Positions 20,940 through 32,022 of a stretch of 64,000 nucleotides of DNA are shown piece by piece. How positions within the stretch are numbered: the stretch's first letter is position 1; each line of letters begins with the position of its first letter. Made by a program: the position numbers and the translations under genes. The stretch is from NCBI GenBank assembly GCA_003208875.1, contig QCUR01000002.1, positions 244,401 to 308,400 of the forward strand, in the 5' to 3' direction. The notes beneath the pieces are model-generated. The model was not told where the DNA came from. It did not search any database and was given only the letters and a program-made list of their open reading frames with translations. Source of the DNA: Prochlorococcus sp. AG-679-M23. GTDB lineage: Bacteria > Cyanobacteriota > Cyanobacteriia > PCC-6307 > Cyanobiaceae.

Positions 20940-22081
20940 TTGAAGTTTTTTAAAACAGAAATAAAATTATTAAGTATGTCTAGATTTAAATCTCTTCTAA
21001 TTGTTAGCCTTATTCTTGATTCGTTCACAGGGACAGTAGGTGGTCTAATAGCGACAGCTAAAAAACCGTTTTTTTCAAGATGTTTTTGTAGAAGGATTGC
21101 CTTTTCTTCTTGTCCGACGATTATAGATAAGATTTGAGATTCTCCCTTAACTGGGTAACTTAAATTTCGAAGAATTTCTTTTTTCCATTTTTTAGAAGAG
21201 ATCAATAAATTAATACCCCATTCGTGATTGGCTTTGATTTTTTGGAGCGATTTAAGTGCACCTGCAGATAAAGCTGGGGAAAGAGCAGTTGTATATCTAA
21301 AAGCCCCACTCGTTTGAATAAGGTATTCTCCAATTTTTGAGTTACAAGCTATAAAAGCCCCGCCGCTACCAAACGATTTACCAAAGGTTCCAGTAATCAT
21401 AGTTATTGCATCAGATAAATCAAAACTTAAACCTTTCCCTTCAGTCCCTAAAATCCCAATAGCATGAGCTTCGTCGACTAATAATTCAACATTATACCTT
21501 TTACAAATTCCAGCAATTTCTTTGAGAGGAGCAATTGAACCTTCCATACTGTAAAGGGATTCAACAATTATAAGAATGGACTTTTGCGATGAATTGAATT
21601 TAAGAATTTTATTTTCTAAGTCTTTTAAATCATTATGTGCGAATCTTACTAGTTTTGATCCGGCAGCTTTTACTCCAACTAATAAAGAATTATGAATAAA
21701 TTTATCTGCAATTACAATACTATTTCTGTTAGCTAAACCTTGTACGGCAGCAATATTAGCTTGGAAACCACTAGGAAATAAAAGCACTTTTTCCTGGTTA
21801 AGCCATTCTGCAAGTTGTGTCTCTAATAATTTATGTATTGGTCTTGAGCCCGTTATGAATCTCGAACTGCCTGAACCAAGACCTTCAGATAAGCTTATTT
21901 CATAAGAGGCTTTTATTACATCATTATCTCTACTTAATCCAAAATAATCATTACTACATAAGTCAATAAAGTTATTTTTAACTTTCTTTGGATTTACACC
22001 TTGAAGTTCATATGGCTTTCGACCTAATGTGAATGTTTTTAATTTACGAAGTCTATTTTTTGGGATTTTTACTCTATTCAT
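20936..22081 (-). CDS. bioF: 8-amino-7-oxononanoate synthase
   Basis: SNDYFGL, GSGSSR, DEAHA, GTFGKSFG, AIRPPTVP. Confidence 0.95.
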   Translation of the reverse strand: MNRVKIPKNRLRKLKTFTLGRKPYELQGVNPKKVKNNFIDLCSNDYFGLSRDNDVIKASYEISLSEGLGSGSSRFITGSRPIHKLLETQLAEWLNQEKVLLFPSGFQANIAAVQGLANRNSIVIADKFIHNSLLVGVKAAGSKLVRFAHNDLKDLENKILKFNSSQKSILIIVESLYSMEGSIAPLKEIAGICKRYNVELLVDEAHAIGILGTEGKGLSFDLSDAITMITGTFGKSFGSGGAFIACNSKIGEYLIQTSGAFRYTTALSPALSAGALKSLQKIKANHEWGINLLISSKKWKKEILRNLSYPVKGESQILSIIVGQEEKAILLQKHLEKNGFLAVAIRPPTVPVNESRIRLTIRRDLNLDILNNFISVLKNFK

Positions 22082-22220
22082 TTGTAAGTAATTTCAACTA
22101 AATATTTTTAATAAAATGATCTAGATTTACTATTAAAGTGTGCAAGGTGGCTATTGTTTATTAATATCTATATAGATCATATCTTAAGAAGTTAACTCCT
22201 CCCCTCTTCAATCACAATTA

Positions 22221-24947
22221 TTGCTTAATTTAGAGGAATATTTCCCATTCCCACTAGATCCCTTTCAAATAGAGGCAATAAAAGCTATTAATAGTGGAAA
22301 TTCTGTTGTTTTAACTGCTCCAACTGGCTCAGGTAAAACATTAATCGGTGAATTTGCTATTTATAGAGGCTTATCCCATGAAAGTAGAGTTTTTTATACA
22401 ACCCCTTTAAAAGCTTTATCAAATCAAAAGTTTAGAGATTTTATTAGTCAATTTGGAGAGAAGAATGTAGGTCTCTTAACTGGAGATATTAGTATCAATA
22501 GAGATGCTCCAATCTTAGTAATGACTACTGAGATTTTTAGGAATATGCTCTATGGAGAGTTTGAAGAATTTGATGACCCATTGGTAAATCTGGAATCTGT
22601 AATTCTTGATGAATGTCATTATATGAACGATCCTCAAAGGGGGACAGTTTGGGAAGAAACAATAATTCATTGTCCAAGTAGAGCACAGATAATAGCTTTA
22701 TCAGCAACCATCTCTAATGCAGACCAACTTCAAAATTGGATAGAAAAAGTTCATGGTCCTACAGAACTTGTTAACAGTAATAAAAGACCAGTCCCATTAG
22801 ATTTTATTTTCTGTAGTGCCAAGGGACTTCATCCTCTTTTGAATAATAAGGGTAATGGGATTCATCCAAATTGTAAGATTTGGAGAGCACCAAAAGGGCA
22901 AAAAAAGAAAGTTAAAGTAGGAAGAATAATGCAACCAAAGGCTCCTCCGATTGCCTTTGTAGTCTCTAAACTTGCAGAGAGAAATATGTTACCAGCTATC
23001 TATTTTATTTTTAGTAGAAGAGGTTGCGACAAGGCTGTTGAGTATATAAAAGATTTATCTTTAGTAAGTTATTCAGAAGCAAATTTGATATCTCAAAGAT
23101 TAGATGTTTATCTAAAAAATAATGAAGCGGGTATAAAAGATAAATTTCATTGTGAAGCTCTTAAACGAGGTATAGCTTCACACCATGCTGGTTTGCTTCC
23201 AGCATGGAAAGAGTTAGTAGAGGAACTATTTCAGCAAGGATTGATAAAAGTTGTTTTTGCAACTGAAACTTTAGCTGCGGGTATTAATATGCCTGCAAGA
23301 ACAACAGTAATTTCAACATTATCAAAAAGGACTGATGAAGGACATAGATTATTATTTAGTAGTGAATTCTTGCAGATGTCAGGCAGAGCTGGAAGAAGAG
23401 GAAAGGATTTGCAGGGATATGTTGTAACCTTACAAACTAGATTTGAGGGAGCAAAAGAAGCTAGTACCTTGGCTATTAGTGAACCAAATCCACTAGTTAG
23501 TCAGTTCACACCAAGCTATGGAATGGTTCTTAATCTTTTGCAAAATTATAGTTTAGATAAATCTCGAGAGTTAATAAAAAGAAGTTTTGGGAGCTTTTTA
23601 TATTTAGGGGAATCTTCAGAAGAGACTGCTATTCTTGATAATTTAGAAAGAGATTTAAAAGAACTAAAAAAAATAACTGCCAATATTTCATGGCAAGATT
23701 TCGATTCATACGAAAAGTTGAAAAGTCGTTTAAAAGAAGAAAGAAGATTGTTGAGGATATTAGAAAAACAAGCAGCTGAAAAATTATCAGAAGAAATTAC
23801 TAGTGCACTTACCTTTATTAAAGATGGAAGTTTAATTTCCATAAAAGCCCCTCAAATAAATAGAAAAGTTGTTCCAGCTTTAATTTGTAAAAAAATATAT
23901 GAATCAAAAAAAATTAAAAGTTTGCTTTGTTTAACAATTGATAATTTATTTATCCTTATAAAACCTTCTTACATAGTCAATATTTTTCCTGATTTAGAAG
24001 AAATTGAAATTTTGAGGCTTGAAGAACCCAAGATGAATTTCTCAGGAGAAGTTGTAAGAGGTGATAATGAATCACAAACTTTTGTAGATAGAATTTTTGA
24101 TATTTCTGAAAAATATGATTTAAGAACTCCTCAATATGACCTATCAACTGAAGTTTTGGCACAAAAGAAACTAATTACTAATTTGGAAGAAACAATTACT
24201 AATCAGCCTGCGCATAAATTTGGTGACTCTAAAAAATTAAAAAGATATAGAAAAAGGATTATCGAGATTGAGCAAGAAATAGTTATGAAAAATAATCTTA
24301 TGGAAGAAAAAGAAAATCATAACTGGTTAAAATTTACTGATTTAATAAAAATTTTGAATCATTTTGGCTGTTTAAATGATTTAGAGCTTACCGAAGTAGG
24401 GCAATCAGTTGGTGCAATAAGAAGTGAAAATGAATTATGGGTTGGACTTGTTTTACTTAGTGGATACTTGGATGATTTGGCCCCTCCTGATTTAGCCGCA
24501 ATCATTCAAGCAATTTGTGTGGATGTAAGAAGACCCAATCTTTGGTGTAATTTTAAGCCTTCCATAAAAGTTATAGATGTTTTTAATGAGTTAGAGAGCC
24601 TAAGAAAATTAGTAGCCTCGAAACAAAATAAGTTTAATATTAACACTCCAATTTTTTTAGAAATGGAGTTGACTGGGATAATTTCAGAATGGGCGAGAGG
24701 TAAAAAATGGAAAGAACTAATTTTTAATACTTCTCTAGATGAGGGGGATGTTGTAAGGATCTTAAGAAGGTCTATGGATGTTTTATCACAAATTCAATAT
24801 TGCGTAGGAGTAAGTAATAAATTAAAAAATAAAGCAAAGTTAGCCTTAAAAGCTATAAATAGATTTCCTGTTTCTGAATCGAATGATTTGTTAAAAGTCT
24901 CTGATAATATTAATCCAGCAACGAAAAGAATCGATAATAATTCCTAA
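22221..24947 (+). CDS. Ski2/HelY-like DExH helicase
   Basis: APTGSGKT, DECH, SAT, QMSGRAGRRG; DSHCT-like C-terminus. Confidence 0.92.
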   Translation: MLNLEEYFPFPLDPFQIEAIKAINSGNSVVLTAPTGSGKTLIGEFAIYRGLSHESRVFYTTPLKALSNQKFRDFISQFGEKNVGLLTGDISINRDAPILVMTTEIFRNMLYGEFEEFDDPLVNLESVILDECHYMNDPQRGTVWEETIIHCPSRAQIIALSATISNADQLQNWIEKVHGPTELVNSNKRPVPLDFIFCSAKGLHPLLNNKGNGIHPNCKIWRAPKGQKKKVKVGRIMQPKAPPIAFVVSKLAERNMLPAIYFIFSRRGCDKAVEYIKDLSLVSYSEANLISQRLDVYLKNNEAGIKDKFHCEALKRGIASHHAGLLPAWKELVEELFQQGLIKVVFATETLAAGINMPARTTVISTLSKRTDEGHRLLFSSEFLQMSGRAGRRGKDLQGYVVTLQTRFEGAKEASTLAISEPNPLVSQFTPSYGMVLNLLQNYSLDKSRELIKRSFGSFLYLGESSEETAILDNLERDLKELKKITANISWQDFDSYEKLKSRLKEERRLLRILEKQAAEKLSEEITSALTFIKDGSLISIKAPQINRKVVPALICKKIYESKKIKSLLCLTIDNLFILIKPSYIVNIFPDLEEIEILRLEEPKMNFSGEVVRGDNESQTFVDRIFDISEKYDLRTPQYDLSTEVLAQKKLITNLEETITNQPAHKFGDSKKLKRYRKRIIEIEQEIVMKNNLMEEKENHNWLKFTDLIKILNHFGCLNDLELTEVGQSVGAIRSENELWVGLVLLSGYLDDLAPPDLAAIIQAICVDVRRPNLWCNFKPSIKVIDVFNELESLRKLVASKQNKFNINTPIFLEMELTGIISEWARGKKWKELIFNTSLDEGDVVRILRRSMDVLSQIQYCVGVSNKLKNKAKLALKAINRFPVSESNDLLKVSDNINPATKRIDNNS

Positions 24948-24958
24948 AAGTAGTTCAA

Positions 24959-26347
24959 TTAAATCATTTTATTAGTATTTATAGCATCCTCAAAATCATT
25001 AGCCGTTAAATAACCTAATTTTATTGTTGCTTCTTTTAAGTTGATTGATTCATTAAAAGCCAGATTCGCAATTTCTGCTGCTTTTTCATAACCTATTTTG
25101 GGAACCAATGCGGTTACAAGCATTAGTGAATTTTCAAGATTAGCTTTTATAGTTTTTGGGTTTGGTTCTATCCCTTCAACTAATTTTAGTCTGAAGTTAC
25201 TTATCGCATGATTCAGTAATTTTATACTCGTGAGAATATTAAATCCAATTAGTGGCTTATACTCATTCATTTGTAAAGTGCCGCTGGCATTAGCTATTGA
25301 TACTGCGTATTCAAAACCCATTACTTGAGTGCATACCATCGATAATGCTTCACATTGGGTTGGATTAACTTTTCCAGGCATGATTGAGCTTCCCGGTTCA
25401 TTTTGGGGAATTATTAATTCATAAATGCCAGATCTAGGTCCTGAGGACAATATTTTAATATCATTAGAAATCTTGAATAATGCACTTGCTAGGATTTTTA
25501 TTTGACCCATTACTTGGGCTAATCGATCATGAGATGCCATTAAAGAGAAATGATTCTTTGATTTATAAAAAAATAAACCAGTATATTCTGAAATTGATTT
25601 TATAGATTCTTTTGAGAAATCTTTTGGACAATTAATACCTGTACCAACGGCCGTACCACCTAGTGGTAAGAAACATAATTCATCAAGACTAATTATCAAA
25701 GCATCTTCAGCGTCCTTTAGTTGTTTTGACCATGCAGAAACTTCTTGACCAAGAGAAATTGGCACTGCATCTTGAAAATGAGTTCTACCTATTTTTATAA
25801 GATCTTTCCATTTATTACTCTTACTATCAAGAACCTTAGTAAGTTCCTTTATTGATGGAACTAATTTTTTAATTATTTGAGTAACAACAGATATCTGAAT
25901 AGCCGCAGGAAAAGTATCATTTGTAGACTGCGATTTATTAACATCATCATTTGGATGAATAGGATGATGACTTCCAAGTCCTGAATTTGTTTTTAATGCA
26001 GCAATATTAGATATGACTTCATTGATATTCATATTTGTTTGTGTACCACTACCTGTTTGCCATATTTTTAAAGGGAATTGAGAATCGTGTTTCCCATCAA
26101 GTATTTCTTTACAGGCTTCAATAATGAGATCTTTTTTTACATTATTTATTAAACCCAATTTGAAATTAGAAATTGCAGCTGCTCTTTTTACAACCGTAAG
26201 TGAATAAATTAATTCAATTGGGATTAACTCCTCACCAGTAGAAAAATTTATAATTGATCTCTGCGTTTGGGCTCCCCACAAAGCCTCTGAAGGAACTTTA
26301 ATCTGTCCCATACTATCTTTTTCAAATCTAAAGTTCTTGGTCATCAA
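24959..26347 (-). CDS. fumC: Fumarate hydratase class II
   Basis: GSSIMPGKVNP, WQTGSGT. Confidence 0.96.
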   Translation of the reverse strand: MMTKNFRFEKDSMGQIKVPSEALWGAQTQRSIINFSTGEELIPIELIYSLTVVKRAAAISNFKLGLINNVKKDLIIEACKEILDGKHDSQFPLKIWQTGSGTQTNMNINEVISNIAALKTNSGLGSHHPIHPNDDVNKSQSTNDTFPAAIQISVVTQIIKKLVPSIKELTKVLDSKSNKWKDLIKIGRTHFQDAVPISLGQEVSAWSKQLKDAEDALIISLDELCFLPLGGTAVGTGINCPKDFSKESIKSISEYTGLFFYKSKNHFSLMASHDRLAQVMGQIKILASALFKISNDIKILSSGPRSGIYELIIPQNEPGSSIMPGKVNPTQCEALSMVCTQVMGFEYAVSIANASGTLQMNEYKPLIGFNILTSIKLLNHAISNFRLKLVEGIEPNPKTIKANLENSLMLVTALVPKIGYEKAAEIANLAFNESINLKEATIKLGYLTANDFEDAINTNKMI

Positions 26348-26385
26348 AAAAAAATGTGGTTAAACTTCAAATAATATTTAGGGAT

Positions 26386-27681
26386 TTAAATACTTAACTT
26401 ATCCCATATTACATTTAAATTGTTGAGGTGTATTGAGGGGTCAAAGCATACCTTTAAATCATTCTCAGAAACTAATGTCATTATCTCTTGTTCCCCCTCA
26501 ATATTTTCCTTGAAATTACCATTCTCATTATTCCAAGCTTGATGAGCACTTTTTTGTACTAAGCTATAAGCCTTTTCCCTAGACATACCCTTTTCAACAA
26601 GTAAAAGTAAAACTTTCTGACTGAAAATTACTCCCCCATATATATTTAAATTTTTGAGCATATTGTCCGGATAAATTTTTAAATTATTTATAATTTCTTT
26701 CATTTCTCTAAGCATAAAATGTAGGCATATAGATACATCGGGTAACATGATACGCTCATTAGAACTATGGCTAATATCTCTCTCGTGCCAAAGCGGAACA
26801 TTCTCAAGAGCTGTTACGACATAACTCCTCAAAATTCTAGATAAACCACTAACCCTTTCACTACGAATAGGGTTTCTTTTATGAGGCATAGCTGAGCTTC
26901 CTTTTTGCCCTTTTGAAAATCCTTCTTCGACTTCTAAAACATCTGTTCTCTGAAGGTTTCTTATCTCAGTAGCAAACCTATCAAGTGAAGCTCCAATCAA
27001 CGCTATTGTTTGAACATATTCAGCATGTCTATCTCTTGATATAACCTGAGTACTTGCTGTATCTGGTTTTAAACCCAGCAACTCGCAAGTAATTTTTTCT
27101 ATTTCTGGGTTTGTATTAGCGTAAGTTCCCATTGCTCCACTTATTTGTCCAATGGAAATAGATTCTTTAAGGATTAATAATCTTTTTTTATCTCTTAATA
27201 TTTCTGCTAACCATCCTGCCAATTTAAATCCAAACGAAATAGGCTCTCCGTGAATTGCATGGGATCTGCCAATCATTAAAGTATTTTTATGCTGTCTTGC
27301 TAATGATCTGACCTCATTTTCTAGGTTTTCAATTTCCTCTAATAACAATTCGCAGGAATCTTTTAGCTGTAATGATAGGCCTGTATCAAGGACATCACTG
27401 CTAGTCATTCCAACATGAATATATCTTCCGGAATCTCCAACATGTTCATTGATATTTGTTAGAAATGCAATTACATCATGTTTTACTTCTTTCTCGATTT
27501 CTTTAATTCTTGATTCTTCAAATTTTGCATTTAAACGAATTTCTTTTAACGCAGCTTCAGGCATTTTTCCAAGAGAACAATTTGCCTCGCATGCTGCAAT
27601 TTCAACTTTAAGCCAACTCTGGAATTTTGCATTTTCAGTCCAGATTCTTCCCATTTCGGGTAATGTGTAACGTTCAATCAC
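26386..27681 (-). CDS. purB: Adenylosuccinate lyase
   Basis: MIERY N-terminus, GSSAMPHKRNP, HERDISHSS. Confidence 0.97.
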   Translation of the reverse strand: MIERYTLPEMGRIWTENAKFQSWLKVEIAACEANCSLGKMPEAALKEIRLNAKFEESRIKEIEKEVKHDVIAFLTNINEHVGDSGRYIHVGMTSSDVLDTGLSLQLKDSCELLLEEIENLENEVRSLARQHKNTLMIGRSHAIHGEPISFGFKLAGWLAEILRDKKRLLILKESISIGQISGAMGTYANTNPEIEKITCELLGLKPDTASTQVISRDRHAEYVQTIALIGASLDRFATEIRNLQRTDVLEVEEGFSKGQKGSSAMPHKRNPIRSERVSGLSRILRSYVVTALENVPLWHERDISHSSNERIMLPDVSICLHFMLREMKEIINNLKIYPDNMLKNLNIYGGVIFSQKVLLLLVEKGMSREKAYSLVQKSAHQAWNNENGNFKENIEGEQEIMTLVSENDLKVCFDPSIHLNNLNVIWDKLSI

Positions 27682-27974
27682 AATTTTTAAACATCTTCAA
27701 TTTAAACTTTATAACTAAAATCTCATAATTGCTCTATACGTAAAAGTTCTACTTGCCATTGAACATATTTGTATAAGTATTATTGTTATAAATAAGAGCT
27801 TTTGGATTTGTAAATATCAATTCATTTTGAAAAATGTCTAAATCTTGCGATTGGATTATCTTTATAAATAGTAGGTATTTTGTTTTTAATAAAATTTTAA
27901 ATTAGTATTATGCTTCAAAAATATAATTTGAAAATAGCCAGTAATTATTTTTTAAAGTTACCTTTTTAGAATAA

Positions 27975-28787
27975 ATGATTAAAAAAAGTAGGCTAGATCT
28001 TTATCTTATTTACAAAGGTTTATGCGAGACTCGTCAGAAAGCACAGGGGCTAATTCTTGCAGGAAAGGTTAAAGATATAAATGGTAAGATTTTTGATAAA
28101 CCTGGTCAACAAGTTTTAATAGGAACTGAATTTATTATTGAATCTGAACCTCAATTTGTATCGAGAGGAGGAGAAAAATTACTGGAGGCTTTTAAAAAAT
28201 TAAAGATTAATGTTAAAGATAGAGTTTGTATAGATGCAGGAATTTCTACTGGAGGATTTACTGATTGCTTGTTGCAACAAGGGGCGAAAATGGTTTATGG
28301 GATAGATGTAGGTTATGGTCAAACGGCTTGGAAAATAAGGAAAAATCCAAAAGTGAAACTCTTTGAAAGATCAAATATTAGAAATTTAAAGCCTTTAGAT
28401 ATCTATTCTCAAGAAAGTTTATTACCAAATTTTGTTGTAGCGGATTTATCTTTTATTTCACTAAAGTTAGTTTTACAACCTATTAATAATTTATTATCAG
28501 GAGATTTTATAGAGGGAATATTTCTTATTAAACCTCAATTTGAAGTAGGAAAAGATCGAGTAAGTAAAGGGGGCGTTGTAAGAAAAGCTGAATATCAAAT
28601 TGAGGCTATTGAGTCAGTTATTAATGCAGCAAATCAATTGCAATGGAATATTCAAGGTCTTGTAGCTTCGCCTTTAGTTGGGCCTGCAGGAAATCATGAA
28701 TATCTAGCTTGGATGTCTAAGTTTGGGATTTCTAATCCAATAATAAATACTAAATTTATAGAAAATTTAGTAAAAGAAACTCTTTAA
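27975..28787 (+). CDS. tlyA: TlyA family rRNA methyltransferase
   Basis: S4 domain, FVSRGGEKL, STGGFTDCLLQ, KPQFE. Confidence 0.93.
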   Translation: MIKKSRLDLYLIYKGLCETRQKAQGLILAGKVKDINGKIFDKPGQQVLIGTEFIIESEPQFVSRGGEKLLEAFKKLKINVKDRVCIDAGISTGGFTDCLLQQGAKMVYGIDVGYGQTAWKIRKNPKVKLFERSNIRNLKPLDIYSQESLLPNFVVADLSFISLKLVLQPINNLLSGDFIEGIFLIKPQFEVGKDRVSKGGVVRKAEYQIEAIESVINAANQLQWNIQGLVASPLVGPAGNHEYLAWMSKFGISNPIINTKFIENLVKETL

Positions 28788-29144
<357 letters not shown>

Positions 29145-29151
29145 TTATATT

Positions 29152-29397
29152 TTAATTCTTTTTCTGCAAAACATCTAGCATTGAGATTCCAGAAAATGAT
29201 TTAATATTTAGACCTGCGCTAGTTGCATCCTTAACTAGTAACTTAGAGTTTTCTTTTGAAATTATTACTTGATTATTTGATAACGCCTTCCATTGATTAT
29301 CTTCAAAATGCGTTTGGAGCCATAACATTCCAATAACACTAGTGGGTATAAGAGATTTATTTAAATTGTTGTCTATGTCAACCAAACAGATATCCAT
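29152..29397 (-). CDS. Conserved hypothetical protein upstream of glnB
   Basis: 81-aa ORF with GMLWLQTHFE, co-oriented with glnB. Confidence 0.75.
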   Translation of the reverse strand: MDICLVDIDNNLNKSLIPTSVIGMLWLQTHFEDNQWKALSNNQVIISKENSKLLVKDATSAGLNIKSFSGISMLDVLQKKN

Positions 29398-29446
29398 AAG
29401 TTTTTAGAAACTAAATACATATAAACCTTTTTAATGACCTTAGGAT

Positions 29447-29462
29447 TGTTATCGATGATACA
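29447..29462 (-). promoter_or_regulatory. Candidate NtcA-binding site for the hypothetical-glnB unit
   Basis: Minus strand TGTATCATCGATAACA (TGT-N10-ACA; GTA-N8-AAC), 50 bp upstream of the ORF. Confidence 0.55.
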
Positions 29463-29588
29463 AAACAAAATTTTATATCCCTTGACTTATTGATTTGTAA
29501 TACTTGAGTATATTTTTAATTTTTCGAGAATTATTAGCTTTTTTTATGGTTTTTTATATAGTTTTAATAAAGGTGATTTTGAAAAAAA

Positions 29589-29999
29589 ATGAGTACAGTT
29601 AATTTAAATGATGCGACCAATAAGCCCTTATACGGCGAAAGACTAATAGAAGAATCAAAAATTATTTGTTTTGAAAATCCAAATAAAAAAAGAATTTATG
29701 AAATTTCAATTGAATTACCTGAATTTACGTGTAAATGCCCATTTTCAGGTTATCCAGATTTTGCAAAATTAAATATCTTTTACCAGCCTAAGATGAAAGT
29801 ATATGAGTTGAAATCCTTAAAACTTTATATTAATAACTTTAGAGATCTCAAAATATCACATGAAGAAGTGGTTAACAGAATAATGGATGATCTTTTAAAT
29901 GCAGCTGCGCCTCACTGGATTCATTTAAATGCTGATTTTAATCCTAGAGGAAACGTCTCTATGAAATTAGATATCTATAGTGGTCAGAAAAGAAATTAA
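29589..29999 (+). CDS. queF: preQ0 nitrile reductase
   Basis: [30 protein letters not shown]. Confidence 0.95.
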   Translation: MSTVNLNDATNKPLYGERLIEESKIICFENPNKKRIYEISIELPEFTCKCPFSGYPDFAKLNIFYQPKMKVYELKSLKLYINNFRDLKISHEEVVNRIMDDLLNAAAPHWIHLNADFNPRGNVSMKLDIYSGQKRN

Positions 30000-31282
30000 T
30001 TATTCTTGATCTCATCTGATAATTTTAGAAATTCCTTTTTAAAACCTAAAAGATTTCTATTACTTAAGCCACCAATAAATAATTTATTTGTATTTTCATT
30101 AAATAAAATCCATATTTGGTTTGTGGGAATAAGACTAAAAATTGTTCCCAAAATTACTAAAGTAAAGGATAAATAAATAAATGGAATTGAAGGATCATTT
30201 TTAATAATTAAACCACTACTAGGAATTATTTTTTTTAAAGATAGTTTTGAAGAATTAATTTCTAATGGATTATTATTTAAATAAACAAAATTTTCAGAAA
30301 AATCTTCAATATTTGAGACTTTAAGTGGACCATTTTCATTATCAATAGTTAAAAGATAATTCTTTTTATTTTCTCTACCCAATTCAATTAAAAGACCCCA
30401 TATTTGATCTCCTATCTCAGGAATAGGCTTTAGTTGGAGTTGGTAAAGAACAGTATCAATTTCCACAACAATATTTGAAACAGACCAATCCGCTTGATAA
30501 ATAGTTAAACCTTTGAATCTGATAGGTTGATTTACTTGAGTTGTTTTTATTTCATTCAAATTTTGTTGTTTCGAAAAAAATTCTAAATTTGAAATAAATT
30601 GCTTTGGTTTCCCATCACTTTCACGTTCAATAAAAAAGTTTTTTAATTTTATTTTCACTTTTGAATTTGTACTCTCATTTATTAAATCTAAACTTTCTCC
30701 TAATCTCAAATATTGTTCTTTAGATTGGCTACTAAAATTTCCGTATGCAGAACCGATCAGTAAAATAATTAAACCTATATGTACAATTATAGGTCCAAGT
30801 TTTCCCACTAAACCTTTTCTTGCCGATAAGCGATTTTCAAATTTGGAAATGTTCCAACCTTTTTTTCTAAGTAAAGAATCAGCTTTTAAAATATAATCTG
30901 CATCTTGGTTTATTTCGTAATTAGTTATTAATTCGAGTTTGTAGAATTTTTTTTCATCTTTGTAGTCAGTCCATTTTAATGCTGCTTTTAAAGACGGTAT
31001 TTGCCTCCTAAAGCTGCAGGCTGCAAGAGAAATACAAAGTAGTATTAATGAAAATAGAAACCAATTACTTGTATAAATATGATCTAATTGGAGTCTTATA
31101 ACTTGAGATCCATTAATAAATCCTAATATTGGCGTTTCGTTGTAGAAATCAATATACTCTTGTTGATCATTTCCTTGAGGTATAAACGTTCCAACTCCAC
31201 TTGAGATGGCAATGAAAATTATTAAAAGTATTGCAAATCTTAAACTTGATATCTTTAGAATAAATTTCTTAAAAATAACCAT
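29996..31282 (-). CDS. ccs1: Cytochrome c biogenesis protein Ccs1/ResB
   Basis: [30 protein letters not shown]. Confidence 0.88.
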   Translation of the reverse strand: MVIFKKFILKISSLRFAILLIIFIAISSGVGTFIPQGNDQQEYIDFYNETPILGFINGSQVIRLQLDHIYTSNWFLFSLILLCISLAACSFRRQIPSLKAALKWTDYKDEKKFYKLELITNYEINQDADYILKADSLLRKKGWNISKFENRLSARKGLVGKLGPIIVHIGLIILLIGSAYGNFSSQSKEQYLRLGESLDLINESTNSKVKIKLKNFFIERESDGKPKQFISNLEFFSKQQNLNEIKTTQVNQPIRFKGLTIYQADWSVSNIVVEIDTVLYQLQLKPIPEIGDQIWGLLIELGRENKKNYLLTIDNENGPLKVSNIEDFSENFVYLNNNPLEINSSKLSLKKIIPSSGLIIKNDPSIPFIYLSFTLVILGTIFSLIPTNQIWILFNENTNKLFIGGLSNRNLLGFKKEFLKLSDEIKNN

Positions 31283-31939
31283 TTAGATCCAATTTGAAAT
31301 TAAATTTAGAATCCCTATCGAAACTAAAAATACCCCACTTAAAGTAGGAATTATTTGACTATATTTTCTGAGTTCTAGAAACTGCTTTAAATTTTCAGTT
31401 GTCGCTCCTGCAATGATTAATGGTGTTACTTGACCAAGGCCAAAGAAGAATAAAAAAATTATTGAAATTGCAGGGTTTTTTGCTTGTGATACCCATGCTA
31501 AGAGTGAAGCCAGTACTGGAGTAATACAAGGTGAAGAGGCAAGACCAAAAGCTCCACCTATTACAAAAGGAGTAATTATAGAAGGCACCTTATCTTCCAT
31601 AAATTGTAAATCGGGCCCATTAGGTAATTGGAATTTTAAAATTCCTAATAAGTTTAAGCCCATAATAATTGCTATTAAAGCTACTAAAGATGCGTAGTAA
31701 GAGGGTAATTGTCCATATATTTTTCCTAAGAATCCGCTCAAGGCACCCAATGTAATAAGGGAAAAAATTACCCCTCCAGAAAAACTAATAAGTTTAAACT
31801 TATTATTCTTAGTTCCACCCACATAAGCAATTGTGATTGGTAGTAAAGATAACGAACATGGACCAAGACTTGTTAAAAGGCCAGCAGTAAAAACTAAAAA
31901 TATGGTAAGTGGACCTGGATTATTAAGCCCTTGCTCCAT
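31283..31939 (-). CDS. ccdA: Cytochrome c biogenesis thiol-disulfide transporter
   Basis: GLLTSLGPC...SPCITPVL. Confidence 0.92.
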   Translation of the reverse strand: MEQGLNNPGPLTIFLVFTAGLLTSLGPCSLSLLPITIAYVGGTKNNKFKLISFSGGVIFSLITLGALSGFLGKIYGQLPSYYASLVALIAIIMGLNLLGILKFQLPNGPDLQFMEDKVPSIITPFVIGGAFGLASSPCITPVLASLLAWVSQAKNPAISIIFLFFFGLGQVTPLIIAGATTENLKQFLELRKYSQIIPTLSGVFLVSIGILNLISNWI

Positions 31940-32022
31940 TAGTAAATTACCCTTTTGAGCTAATTCTGAAATAAATAAATTAATTGAGGCGATAACAGGA
32001 ATCTAAATCTTCTAAATTCTAA

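Noticed and set aside
17511..22081. bio operon lacking bioB and bioH
   Set aside because: Expected in picocyanobacteria: a BioK-type esterase replaces BioH, and bioB is presumably elsewhere in the genome
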